From a virus (lineage: Duplodnaviria; Caudoviricetes): a stretch of DNA of 64,000 nt. This document shows positions 27,801 through 36,480 of this stretch, in pieces. The stretch spans positions 1-64,000 of IMG/VR virus record IMGVR_UViG_3300028888_000004, one strand, 5' to 3'. Position 1 is the first letter of the stretch. Each line of letters starts with the position of its first letter. A program made the position numbers and the translations under genes. The notes under the pieces are model-generated. The model had not been told where the DNA came from, made no database searches, and was given only the letters and a program-made list of their open reading frames with translations.

Positions 27801-30800
27801 GATGCTATTTATGGGGCTTCAACGGCAGCAGGAGTTCTTGCAAATATCAATGCAAACAAGACTGCGTTCCTTGCTACACAGTACAATAGTAGACTTACTT
27901 ATGCAGCAATGCAGTTCTGGATTGAAGGTGAGTATACTTTGTATTACTATGATATTGTGGCCAATGAGTTCAAGCCAGATATTAATCTTGTAACACAGAA
28001 TGGTGCTCCAACAGGTGCTACCCTTAATGAGCAAAATGAGTGGTTTAAGACTCAAAGAAGAAACAGGTTCAAGAGTGAAGCGCCTAATTATTGGGATATT
28101 CAAGACTCTATTTTCCATCTTTGCTTCTTGGTTATATTTGGAGCTACAGATAACTTTGCAAAGAACTCTTATCCTTATAAGATGGCACTTCTTGCAGATG
28201 ATGGTAGATGGAAGTGGAGACAAGATGACCTTGATACAATATTTGATATTGACAATACTGGCAGCCAGACAAAACCTTACTATATTGAGTATCTTGATAC
28301 TGCTAATGGATCAACATACTTTGCTGGTTCAGTATCTGCATTCTGGAACCTTCTTTATGAAGCTTTCTGGAATGACTATGGCACATCAATGGGTATAGAA
28401 TCCTTTGGTAAAGCCATGCTTAATGCAATGTCTGCACTTGCCAATGGTGCCAATGTCAAGGATGGATGTGTGGCGTTTATGAAGAAGTACTTCTGGGATA
28501 AAGCTCAAGAGTATTTCCCTGCTTCAACATACAACATTGATGGCCAGTTCAAGTATGAAACTGCTTGGCTTACAAATGGACAGAATGTTAATCCTTTGAC
28601 TCAGTCACTAGGAAACCACTATGAGGCTGAAATGCTTTGGGTTGAAAGAAGGGTTATATATGCGATGTCTCTGTTTAAGGCTGGTCCTTTTGGCCTATAT
28701 TCAGACACTTCCCTTGGAACTATAATGTTTGATAGGCCTTATAATCTTCCTGAAGTTAAGGTAAAGCCTATGATGTGGATATATCCTGCATTTATCGAAG
28801 GTGCTGGATCTCCTACAACTACATCTAGGACAGCTCCTGGTGAAGTTAAAACATTTATTGGACCATTTAGTACTGAAGGTCAAACCAGAACATATATTCA
28901 GGCCACTAATCAACTTTCTGAGCTTGGTAACTTAAAAGACCTTATACTTGCTCAAGGATATACTAATCCGATTCAAGTTAATGGTAAGAAACTTCAGAAA
29001 TTTGAAATAGGATATGATTCAACTGTAAACAGTTCAGATGCTGGATATGTTGCACCAAAGACAAATGTCCCTGGACTGTCATTCCCTGATAATCCTTGTT
29101 TGGAGCAGCTTTATGCAAAATATGCATCCTCACTTACAGGTTATCTTGACTTGACTAATCTTCCTAGACTTAAGGAGGCTATTCTTGGTGGCACATCATT
29201 CACCCAAATAGCATTTAAGGAAGGTAGTAAGATAGATACCATAGAGCTTCCTGACACTCTTGTTTACCTGTGGCTGTCTAATCTTCAGCATATTGAGACA
29301 ATTACTCTTCCTGCAGACCTTTCATCTATTGTTTCTCTTAAGCTTGAGAATTGCGATACCATTAATGCTCTTCAGATATTCAAGGATATCTATGATGCAA
29401 ATGGAGATCTTAAGTATATAAGACTTAAGTGGAATGAAGAAATAAGTACAGGTAAGAGTATTCTTGATGTTCTTCAGAATATAGCTAATAATTCTATTGA
29501 GGAAGTTGGGTCTGAGACTGGATACGGTGGAATAGATGCATCTGGAAATGCCACTGAGCATCCTTACATTGAAGGCACTCTTACTACTTCTGACACTGTT
29601 ACAGCTAATCAGGTTTATGATGTTGCCAAGCAGTTCCCTGAACTTAATATTCAGATACCTGATAGCCAGCAGTATATCGTCTTTGAAGATCCTGAAGTAG
29701 AGAGGATATGCCTTGCTAATTATGATACCAATAGTGATGGAGTACTACAGTTAGGTGAAGCAAAGGCGGTGACTTCACAGGTCTTTGGTAATACTGTTTT
29801 TAGAGGAAATACAACTATTGAAACATTTGATGAGCTTAAATATTTTACCGGCATGAATCACATGCCTGGTTCATCAAATTCTGCACAAGGCCCTTTTAGT
29901 AATTGTACTTCTTTAAAGACAATAACCTTACCGTCATCTATAACTAATGTTGGGCATAATTACGGTTGTAGTTTCTTTGGTTGCACAGCATTGGAAGAGG
30001 TAAAGAATTTTGGCAATGTTACAAGTATAGGATACGGCAGTTTCCAGAACTGCACTTCCTTAAAATCAATAGATTTGAGCGGTGTTACAATGTTTGACCG
30101 GAGCGGTGCTTTCTATAACTGCTCATCATTGGCAATAGAGCTTAACATGCCTCGATTAATGGGATGGGAAGGGAACAGCACTGATAGCACCTTTTACAAC
30201 TCTGGTATTACAAAGATTATTAATCTTGGTTCAACTGTAAGCCTTCCAAATACTACATTCAAAAACTGTAAGTCCCTTACTGAAGCTCATCTTCCAACTA
30301 CACTTACTACTATAGGCAATGACTGCTTTAGTGGCGACACTGCTCTTACAACTGTTACAGGATGTGAAAATGTTACTAGTATAGGTAATTATGCTTTCGC
30401 GTGCGGTTCAATTTCAAATTCATCACAAGAAAGACCAGGACATTTGGAATCTGCAGATTTTGACTTTAGTAAAATAACATCTATTGGTGAAAATGCATTT
30501 CAAGGGCAGAGACTAGATGGCATTATAAATGCTCCAAATCTGACTTTTTTAGGCAATGGTGCATTTCATGCTAATAATATTACTAAGGTTCAGAATCTTG
30601 GTTTAATAACTACGTTAAACACTTCTACTAGTACGGATAGTGGAATATTTAAATTTTGTACAAACCTTACAGAAGCACATCTTCCATTGACTGTAACAGA
30701 AATAGGCAATGGAGATTTCATGGCTTGTGCTCAGTTGGAAACCATTGATGGGTGGGATAACATAACATCAATTAAAACTTATGCTTTCAGTTATTGTCAC

Positions 30801-31334
30801 CAACTTGTAAATATTACAATTCCAGAAAAAGTAGAATCACTCGGCACGAACGCTTTTTCACATTGTAATAATCTTACAACTATTTCGTTACCTCAATCCT
30901 GTACTAGTATAGGACAGGAGTGTTTTGTAAACAGTCCTATTACCAATATAAATCTTGAATATATCGAACAGTTAGGCTCATATAATTTTAGAGGCAATAC
31001 TACTTTTAGCGGGCCAGCTATCATGTCTTCGGTAGTAAGTATTAGTACCGGGTGTTTTAGGAATTGCACCTGTGAAGAATATACAATAGGGCCAAATTGT
31101 ACATCTATAGGTAATTACTGCTTCATTGAACCTGTTGGTAGTAAAAAAACTGTTAAAATTTTAGCTACTACTCCTCCTACTCTGGGTGGTTCTAGTGTTT
31201 TTAATACAGGTAATACTACGGTAAAAATATATGTTCCTTATGGATATGCCAGTACATATCAAAGTGCTACTGGTTGGTCAGCATATGCATCAAAGATTCA
31301 AGAGCTTGATGAAAACGGTAATATTCCTGAATAA
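24831..31334 (+). CDS. giant fibre protein with CotH-kinase-like domain and BspA-type leucine-rich repeats
   Basis: DNFAKN/DDLDT motifs; C-terminal xxIGxxAFxxCxxL repeats, ATTPPTLG..IYVP..Y..W cap. Confidence 0.85.
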   Translation: MAKANTNPITSIETPWEGRAGSCVERFLKDQLKSKVGASYLDSNTNILYFFASTADRASWLEDPTQSELVISSALINVNSNLVYRVLMTNNNGTTDINTAANVPELNLSIDFDVQLSTLGSSDWTSSGQGVIIRCYSDLGSTGTFTEVPVDNNFLIAGQTFTLNVMKYMAPGTNRFKVEMYAEGSSTTFNSITYSVNVSEMYVELMNNTWYQPVIEGNTSSYKLGGFKVVGDLSKTIHFDVYAEGSNTPAKTFTKLLGSATYIDAAYNFLPADGFNLSGLQSGEYKVDVYLTSDTLESTHVTYNFMYVTASDSSTAKLIVINNVADSAYNYTTSTLCQYSVYNGGLSTADVDVTVALTTDGVREVKVDDTYEGVTTGVLNNFTYSGEISTESTNITLDATIGIGEDVESISMPFDNSSTYPAEAGSVFYMNASTRNNAQTNKDKIINLANDSEITPVWSNIDFVDGIDGWTTDANGRKALLIPAGSSVEIPYQALYHGEDTTFEIAFKAANVADYDENIITVATNPTLANFAGIRIKPTNVTVHSYSDTTATNDTERGTNFRDEAVQHFLLSITKNYGGNNGKNLVTGFLNGCKAFQFDYLTGTIWVNNSNIKIGSQKTDIYVYLIRSYEKALGAAAAEQNYINSMPSLEDRAITAALFQSAINASTREISYDKMIAASSTYNFFVVDMLNGASIPSRANGWSKDSKGYSNFEMHFGEHPEWDFKLYNVETSGQGTTSMDYYRWNLRFRIDKSNDTKKVDVAYYDAPTTSAGKKRYNEQLPTSSKTVYFDGGANGSTQQHPALKRITAKINMASSMQSHKMGGTGAFNALHDYMGLQNEAQQIDPTVSVAVYEYPAFGFAKRTSATGVDTYTFIGLFTIGPDKGDKPTFGYDKSPETLISLEGTDHSRKMATFSYPWNSDVHFLASNECINIVKGNNDYDNGLEVGNCHDLSTDKATDQASIELVLEEQFKPAYNVAFQNSTLIFPIALNDAIYGASTAAGVLANINANKTAFLATQYNSRLTYAAMQFWIEGEYTLYYYDIVANEFKPDINLVTQNGAPTGATLNEQNEWFKTQRRNRFKSEAPNYWDIQDSIFHLCFLVIFGATDNFAKNSYPYKMALLADDGRWKWRQDDLDTIFDIDNTGSQTKPYYIEYLDTANGSTYFAGSVSAFWNLLYEAFWNDYGTSMGIESFGKAMLNAMSALANGANVKDGCVAFMKKYFWDKAQEYFPASTYNIDGQFKYETAWLTNGQNVNPLTQSLGNHYEAEMLWVERRVIYAMSLFKAGPFGLYSDTSLGTIMFDRPYNLPEVKVKPMMWIYPAFIEGAGSPTTTSRTAPGEVKTFIGPFSTEGQTRTYIQATNQLSELGNLKDLILAQGYTNPIQVNGKKLQKFEIGYDSTVNSSDAGYVAPKTNVPGLSFPDNPCLEQLYAKYASSLTGYLDLTNLPRLKEAILGGTSFTQIAFKEGSKIDTIELPDTLVYLWLSNLQHIETITLPADLSSIVSLKLENCDTINALQIFKDIYDANGDLKYIRLKWNEEISTGKSILDVLQNIANNSIEEVGSETGYGGIDASGNATEHPYIEGTLTTSDTVTANQVYDVAKQFPELNIQIPDSQQYIVFEDPEVERICLANYDTNSDGVLQLGEAKAVTSQVFGNTVFRGNTTIETFDELKYFTGMNHMPGSSNSAQGPFSNCTSLKTITLPSSITNVGHNYGCSFFGCTALEEVKNFGNVTSIGYGSFQNCTSLKSIDLSGVTMFDRSGAFYNCSSLAIELNMPRLMGWEGNSTDSTFYNSGITKIINLGSTVSLPNTTFKNCKSLTEAHLPTTLTTIGNDCFSGDTALTTVTGCENVTSIGNYAFACGSISNSSQERPGHLESADFDFSKITSIGENAFQGQRLDGIINAPNLTFLGNGAFHANNITKVQNLGLITTLNTSTSTDSGIFKFCTNLTEAHLPLTVTEIGNGDFMACAQLETIDGWDNITSIKTYAFSYCHQLVNITIPEKVESLGTNAFSHCNNLTTISLPQSCTSIGQECFVNSPITNINLEYIEQLGSYNFRGNTTFSGPAIMSSVVSISTGCFRNCTCEEYTIGPNCTSIGNYCFIEPVGSKKTVKILATTPPTLGGSSVFNTGNTTVKIYVPYGYASTYQSATGWSAYASKIQELDENGNIPE

Positions 31335-31336
31335 TT

Positions 31337-31579
31337 ATGACTACAAGAATAGAAAACAATGGAATCCGTGACATCACGGTAATTACTGCGGATGAAGGTA
31401 AAGTGTTCCGCAGAAAAGGTACAGAAGACATCTTTGACAAGGAAATCTGGCTTGGACTATCTTACTACATAGGAGGAGTAAAGCAAAACCCTCCTCATCA
31501 AGATGTGCCTGAAGACTTTGAAGAAATAGATGCTCCTGTTGAAGAAGAACCTATTGAAGATGAAAATCCAGAAGGATAA
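31337..31579 (+). CDS. small protein after fibre (possible chaperone)
   Basis: ITADEGKVF...IWLG...DFEEI. Confidence 0.65.
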   Translation: MTTRIENNGIRDITVITADEGKVFRRKGTEDIFDKEIWLGLSYYIGGVKQNPPHQDVPEDFEEIDAPVEEEPIEDENPEG

Positions 31580-31796
31580 ATATCTACACTTCTTAGTGTG
31601 CCTTGGCATCTGCCTATTGCTCTACCCTCTTATTGGGTGGTGGAGCATAGGCACTGCCATAGCTACTGGGATAGGTAAAGAACTCTATGACTATAAGGAC
31701 TATGGGTTATTCTCGTGGTCTGACATAGTTGCTGACTTGCTTGGAACTATATGTTCAATACCGATAATCTTAATCATTAATTCTATACTATCATGA
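31560..31796 (+). CDS. small membrane protein (VanZ-like DK..HF family)
   Basis: DKYLHF...GKELYD...DIVADLLG. Confidence 0.75.
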   Translation: MKIQKDKYLHFLVCLGICLLLYPLIGWWSIGTAIATGIGKELYDYKDYGLFSWSDIVADLLGTICSIPIILIINSILS

Positions 31797-32056
31797 AACC
31801 ATTTATTAAAAGAGCTGGCATATTTGCCATCCTCAATGCTGTTCTTATTGAACTGCTGAAAACCGTTTCCTCTTTGACTATTGACAGTTGCATCATCTAT
31901 TGCTCTCTGTTCTGCATTGTCATTGGTATCGCTTATGAGCTCTATGATTCAATTAAGAAGGGCACAAAGCCAAGTCTCACTGAAATGGGGGGTGCAGCTA
32001 TCTTTGGATCAATAGTGGCTGGATTTATTATCAAGGCGATTTACTTTATTGTGTAA
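31793..32056 (+). CDS. membrane protein
   Basis: three TMs, YELYD motif like the preceding gene. Confidence 0.7.
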   Translation: MKPFIKRAGIFAILNAVLIELLKTVSSLTIDSCIIYCSLFCIVIGIAYELYDSIKKGTKPSLTEMGGAAIFGSIVAGFIIKAIYFIV

Positions 32057-32072
32057 TGCAAATATAAATGAC

Positions 32073-32105
32073 TAAAAGACACACTTATAGTGTGTCTTTT
32101 ATTTT
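32073..32105 (+). terminator. Rho-independent terminator
   Basis: TAAAAGACACACT/AGTGTGTCTTTTA plus T-run. Confidence 0.8.
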
Positions 32106-32130
32106 CATATAATAAAGTGTGTTATATTCA

Positions 32131-32160
32131 TTGCCTTTACAGTATATAATACTATTTTTG
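32131..32160 (+). promoter_or_regulatory. Bacteroidota-type promoter
   Basis: TTG...TATTTTTG upstream of 32179. Confidence 0.6.
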
Positions 32161-32178
32161 TAACAGTTAATTAATGCA

Positions 32179-32592
32179 ATGATGGAGTTTGGTGATATGA
32201 TGAGCTATGTTGGAGTTGCCCTGGGTTCAGGGGGACTTACACAACTGCTTAACTGGCGCATAAATAGAAAGAAGGGACTTGCTGAAGCTAAGACAACAGA
32301 AGCTGAAGCAAGTAATACTGAAGCTGAAGCTAAGAATAAAGAGATAGATAATATGCGCAAAGCAATGGAAGACTTTTATACTCCATTGGTTAAACGTCAA
32401 AATGAGCGCATAGCTGAATTAGAAGCAGAGGTAAAACAGCTTCGTGAGGAGAAAAGAGCTGAAGCAGAAGCACATGCAAAGCAACTTGCTGCAATGCAGG
32501 AACAGATCGTTGAAATTAATAAGGCTCTTGGATTACGTGCTAGATCTGCTATTAAAGAGAAGAATATTACTTTTCATAAAAAGACTCCGTAA
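32179..32592 (+). CDS. holin-like TM + coiled-coil protein
   Basis: N-terminal GVALGSGGL hydrophobic segment then long coiled coil. Confidence 0.5.
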   Translation: MMEFGDMMSYVGVALGSGGLTQLLNWRINRKKGLAEAKTTEAEASNTEAEAKNKEIDNMRKAMEDFYTPLVKRQNERIAELEAEVKQLREEKRAEAEAHAKQLAAMQEQIVEINKALGLRARSAIKEKNITFHKKTP

Positions 32593-32735
32593 TGGCAACT
32601 AGAAGAAAGGCTCCATCAAGCAAACCAAGAGCTACTTCAAGACCTTCTCTAACAAGAGTTATGAGAGCTCAAGTAGCACCACATGTAAGAACACTATCTA
32701 ATGGACAACCAAGACCCAAAAGACGTACTAGGTAA
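32592..32735 (+). CDS. small basic (protamine-like) protein, 47 aa, not in ORF track
   Basis: MATRRKAPSSKPRATSRPSLTRVMRAQVAPHVRTLSNGQPRPKRRTR*; TAATG coupling to the upstream stop. Confidence 0.6.
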   Translation: MATRRKAPSSKPRATSRPSLTRVMRAQVAPHVRTLSNGQPRPKRRTR

Positions 32736-33117
32736 ACTTGTAGTTGTTCTTAGAAAACTTACAAGGTTAGTAAAGGCAATTCCCTTTACATACCTTATTA
32801 TATACTCTATATATTTATTGCTTGGATTATTCTGTTGTGAAACAGTAATAAGCTGGCTTGATTCACTAATCATAATTTCTCCTGCTACTACAGTAACTTT
32901 ACTTGGACTGTCTAGAATTCTTAAACTATGTAAGTGGCACAAGACTGCATGTGTTTTTCCATTAACTACTCAAGCAGAATCTTTCGTAGATAATAACATA
33001 ATTCAATTTACTCAAGGTGAGATTGTTGCTATTAATCTGATAATAGCTATTGCAGTTATGTTCTTTTTAATGGCAGCATACAAACATTTTTATAATGGAC
33101 GAGAAAGAGCTCATTAA
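32701..33117 (+). CDS. multi-pass membrane protein
   Basis: VKAIPF, LKLCKWHK, 3-4 TMs. Confidence 0.75.
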   Translation: MDNQDPKDVLGKLVVVLRKLTRLVKAIPFTYLIIYSIYLLLGLFCCETVISWLDSLIIISPATTVTLLGLSRILKLCKWHKTACVFPLTTQAESFVDNNIIQFTQGEIVAINLIIAIAVMFFLMAAYKHFYNGRERAH

Positions 33118-33388
33118 TCTCACTTTGGATTTCTATAAGTATAAGGTTAATAGTGACTCTTGTACTATGGAAGAACTCAGACAAGCTTCTGAGATGCTTC
33201 AACGTGGAATAAATTGTATAGGAACTGTTGAAGACTTCTCAAAATTCTGTGATATTCCAGAAAGTCATGTAAGAAATATAATAAGCAGAAAGGTGCTTGA
33301 TAAACCTAAAAGAAGAGTTTACTACAAGTTTCTTCCCTTTCTTAAAAATATACCCGCTAATATCTTGAAAAAGAAAGAGTTAAAGTAA
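33095..33388 (+). CDS. putative HTH regulator
   Basis: FSKFCDIPESHVRNIISRK..KPKRRVYY. Confidence 0.6.
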   Translation: MDEKELINLTLDFYKYKVNSDSCTMEELRQASEMLQRGINCIGTVEDFSKFCDIPESHVRNIISRKVLDKPKRRVYYKFLPFLKNIPANILKKKELK

Positions 33389-33426
33389 AGATTTAGCGTA
33401 ATTCCATAAGCAATAGGATTAAATGA

Positions 33427-33472
33427 ACTTTGTATCAGTAACCAGTGTGTTACAGGTACAAAGTTTAATTTT
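33427..33472 (+). promoter_or_regulatory. leader hairpin upstream of the Gly-rich module gene
   Basis: AACTTTGTA/TACAAAGTT outer and GTAAC/GTTAC inner stems. Confidence 0.55.
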
Positions 33473-33486
33473 TAATTCTATTTGCT

Positions 33487-34419
33487 ATGGCAGATGTAAC
33501 CTACATTCCTGATGGAAATCAGGCAAACAACATGCTTCCTTGGATGCTTGCTGGCCAGAACAATGGTGGGCTCTTTGGAGGTAATGGTTGGGGAGGTGGA
33601 ATCCTCGGATTCTTCCTTGGTCTCCTCTTTGGCAATGGCTGGGGAGGATTTGGAAATGGATTTGGTGGCTGGGGTGGAGGCTCTGGTGCTGGATTCCTTT
33701 CAAACCAGCTAAGTAATGACAGTGGCAGAGAGCTTCTGATGAATGCTATCACTTCTCAAGGAGAAGCTGGTAGAGCAGCTACTCAGAATCTTGCTACTGC
33801 TCTTGGGCAGGACTTCAATCTTGTCAATGGAGCTATCCAGACTCTTCAAGCAAGTCTTTCTACTCTTGCTCTCCAACAGGCTGTTTCAGTTCCTCAAATT
33901 ATCAACTCTATTCAAGCAGGTGATGCCTCTCTTCAGGCAAAGCTCTGTGAGTGCTGCTGCGAGAACAGACTTCTCACCACACAGCAAGGCTATGAGTCTC
34001 AGATTCGTACTCTTGAGCAAACTAATGCTCTTGGTGGTGCTATTTCTGGTAGTGGCCAGAAGACTGTTGATGCTATTGCTGACCTCAAGACCACTATGGT
34101 CAAAGAGTTCTGCGATGCTAGGGAAAGGGACATGCAGGAGAAAATTGATGGCCTTCTTGCAGCCAATTCTACATTTCGTTCACAAATTGACAACGCTAAT
34201 CAGACAGCAGCCATTACCAGTTATGTTAATGGTCTCGTAAGTCCTATAGCTAAGGAAGTTGATGACATCAAGTGCAGGATGCCTCAGACAGTTCCTGTTA
34301 CTTGGCCAAATCTTGCTGCTGTAAATACCACTCCTTATGTGAGCGGTGGCTACTATCAGGGTGGCTTTAATGGCTTCTATGGTCCTGGTGCTGGTGGTTT
34401 TGGTGGTTTCACTTTCTAA
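33487..34419 (+). CDS. Gly-rich membrane/coiled-coil protein with CECCC motif
   Basis: GWGGG-rich hydrophobic N-terminus, LCECCCENRL, IKCRMP; high-expression codon bias. Confidence 0.85.
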   Translation: MADVTYIPDGNQANNMLPWMLAGQNNGGLFGGNGWGGGILGFFLGLLFGNGWGGFGNGFGGWGGGSGAGFLSNQLSNDSGRELLMNAITSQGEAGRAATQNLATALGQDFNLVNGAIQTLQASLSTLALQQAVSVPQIINSIQAGDASLQAKLCECCCENRLLTTQQGYESQIRTLEQTNALGGAISGSGQKTVDAIADLKTTMVKEFCDARERDMQEKIDGLLAANSTFRSQIDNANQTAAITSYVNGLVSPIAKEVDDIKCRMPQTVPVTWPNLAAVNTTPYVSGGYYQGGFNGFYGPGAGGFGGFTF

Positions 34420-34430
34420 ATCTCTAGACT

Positions 34431-34778
34431 ATGTTTGGATGCAATGTTAATGTAACGACAAATGTCAACGGCATCCCTTACCTCTCCACTAATGGAGTAT
34501 CGGTAACTGCTGAGTCCGTTGACTTTGCACTCGGATTCAGAAGGATACCTAAGATATCAGAGGTAGCCATCCGCATTACTAATGCAATACCTGATGGAAC
34601 TACTGGTACTCTTCCAGTCAGATTCACACTCAATGGTAATACCAGAGAACTCACATTCTTCGGAGGAGATCCTGTAACTGTTGCAGACCTTGCTGGTACT
34701 GGTGTTATTGAAGTATGGTATGACTGGTTCAATGGTATTTTCCAACTTATTTCAGCTCTTGCTCCAGCAACAGCATAG
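34431..34778 (+). CDS. hypothetical beta-rich protein
   Basis: AIPDGTTGTLPV, DLAGTGV. Confidence 0.85.
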   Translation: MFGCNVNVTTNVNGIPYLSTNGVSVTAESVDFALGFRRIPKISEVAIRITNAIPDGTTGTLPVRFTLNGNTRELTFFGGDPVTVADLAGTGVIEVWYDWFNGIFQLISALAPATA

Positions 34779-34801
34779 TTAATCTTTAATAATTCAAAAT
34801 C

Positions 34802-35296
34802 ATGTTTCAAGCGCTTACACAGGGCATGCCCCTTTACATACTGTATAGAAATGAGCCTAGAGTAGATGAGGCAAGAGTTATATCTGTAAATACTCATCCA
34901 CAGCAGGCTACTCCTGCTAATCCAATGGCTATACTTAATGGACCAGTAACAGATATAGTTGTATCTGTTGACGGTAAAACTCTTCCGCCATTTCAAGGAT
35001 TGCAGCCAAGTGCAATGATAGCAACATTCTCTGCAGATGGCATGTTCATAAGTGAGGATAAAAATCTCATTGATAATGAACTAAAATCTATTGAAGACAG
35101 CCATCAAAGAATAGTAGATGGCTATGAATCAAGTAAAGAGATGGTTGAAAAATGTAAGGCTCTCAGACTGAAATTGAATCCAGATAAACAGAAAGAGGCT
35201 GCACATGCACAAGAGATTGCCAGACTTCAAGGTGAGATATCAGAAATGAAGCAAATGCTTATGCAAGCGCTTGGAACTAAATCAAAGGAGGAATAG
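34802..35296 (+). CDS. hypothetical coiled-coil protein
   Basis: MFQAL.QG..YIL...LNP..KE...EI..L. Confidence 0.85.
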   Translation: MFQALTQGMPLYILYRNEPRVDEARVISVNTHPQQATPANPMAILNGPVTDIVVSVDGKTLPPFQGLQPSAMIATFSADGMFISEDKNLIDNELKSIEDSHQRIVDGYESSKEMVEKCKALRLKLNPDKQKEAAHAQEIARLQGEISEMKQMLMQALGTKSKEE

Positions 35297-35299
35297 AAA

Positions 35300-35515
35300 A
35301 TGGGACTTATAAGAATTATGGAACGTGGTGGCGATGATTATCGTGACTACAAGAAGGAACTCAAGAAAGCCAAGAAAGCCATTGATGCTCTCTGTGAAAT
35401 CACTGAAGACATGGAAAATGAGTATGGCTACAGTGAACGCTATAATGAGCGTCATGGAGACTATGAGGATATGGAAGAAAGAGGTGGAAAAAGCTATAGA
35501 AGGCGTTCCATGTAA
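35300..35515 (+). CDS. small charged protein
   Basis: 71 aa, E/R/Y-rich. Confidence 0.75.
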   Translation: MGLIRIMERGGDDYRDYKKELKKAKKAIDALCEITEDMENEYGYSERYNERHGDYEDMEERGGKSYRRRSM

Positions 35516-35522
35516 TCAACCA

Positions 35523-35555
35523 GGGGAGGGCCACTAGCTCTCCCCATTTTATTTT
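35523..35555 (+). terminator. Rho-independent terminator
   Basis: GGGGAGGGC/GCTCTCCCC plus ATTTTATTTT. Confidence 0.75.
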
Positions 35556-35562
35556 GAAAAAT

Positions 35563-35967
35563 ATGAATAGACTTGATTATTATGAGATACTGCCTGCTGG
35601 GATGGAGGCATATCTTGCAGCACATGGAAGACACTTTTCAAAGCCAATGCTTGAATGGGCTGTTGGAATGATGGAAGATAAAGATGGACATAAGGGAGTT
35701 GTAGTTGAGAAGAAGAAGTTTGATGATATAATGAAAGCCTATGGCGTAGAGTTAAAGAGGAAAGATGGCTACTATGATGGGCCTTATGTCTGGGCAATGG
35801 CTAAGAGTGATTACTATGGTACATCAATACTCGATGAACAGCATCTTGCATTGTTTGTAAAAGACTACATTGATGACATAGATGGTAATCATACAAGAGC
35901 ATTTGACGAGTTTTATATCAATTGTGTAGCAAAGGGAATAGACATTCCTTGGGAAGATCTTATTTAG
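35563..35967 (+). CDS. conserved hypothetical protein
   Basis: YL..HGRHFS, MAKSDYYG, DYIDDIDG, IPWEDLI. Confidence 0.85.
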   Translation: MNRLDYYEILPAGMEAYLAAHGRHFSKPMLEWAVGMMEDKDGHKGVVVEKKKFDDIMKAYGVELKRKDGYYDGPYVWAMAKSDYYGTSILDEQHLALFVKDYIDDIDGNHTRAFDEFYINCVAKGIDIPWEDLI

Positions 35968-35969
35968 CC

Positions 35970-36368
35970 ATGATACATGAAAGACTTAAAATAGGCAGAT
36001 GGAAAGTAGACTTTCTTTTTGCTCCTGATGGATATGATACTGAAGAAGCACTTACTTTTTTGTATGATGCAGATGCTTCTGACCACATATTAAGACAGGC
36101 TTATCATATTCTTGAGGATAATATACCCAATACTGGCTTTACTTTTACCAATCAAGAAATGAAAGAAGCTATAGTAGTAATTGGGCCTTCTACCTCTGGA
36201 GATGAATTTATTAATACCCTGTGTCATGAAATGTATCATGTAGCAGCTGCCATAGCTTCTAATTTAGGAGTGTCACTTAGTGGAGAAAAGCCAGCATATA
36301 TAATGGGAGATTCTGTTGAGGAATTAACTAGAATTATATGCAGACTAGGATGTGAAGAATGTAACTAA
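35970..36368 (+). CDS. HExxH Zn-metallopeptidase-like protein
   Basis: NTLCHEMYH...GEKPAY. Confidence 0.7.
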   Translation: MIHERLKIGRWKVDFLFAPDGYDTEEALTFLYDADASDHILRQAYHILEDNIPNTGFTFTNQEMKEAIVVIGPSTSGDEFINTLCHEMYHVAAAIASNLGVSLSGEKPAYIMGDSVEELTRIICRLGCEECN

Positions 36369-36445
36369 GACGTCATATACTAATAAGTTTCTTTTACATC
36401 TCATATAAAAATAATTATTTATTATACCTTTAAATTAATAGTTCA

Positions 36446-36453
36446 TATATTTG
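36446..36453 (+). promoter_or_regulatory. -7 promoter element TATATTTG
   Basis: TAnnTTTG upstream of the fibre cluster. Confidence 0.6.
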
Positions 36454-36480
36454 TATGCGGTCTATTAATTTAAAGGTAAT

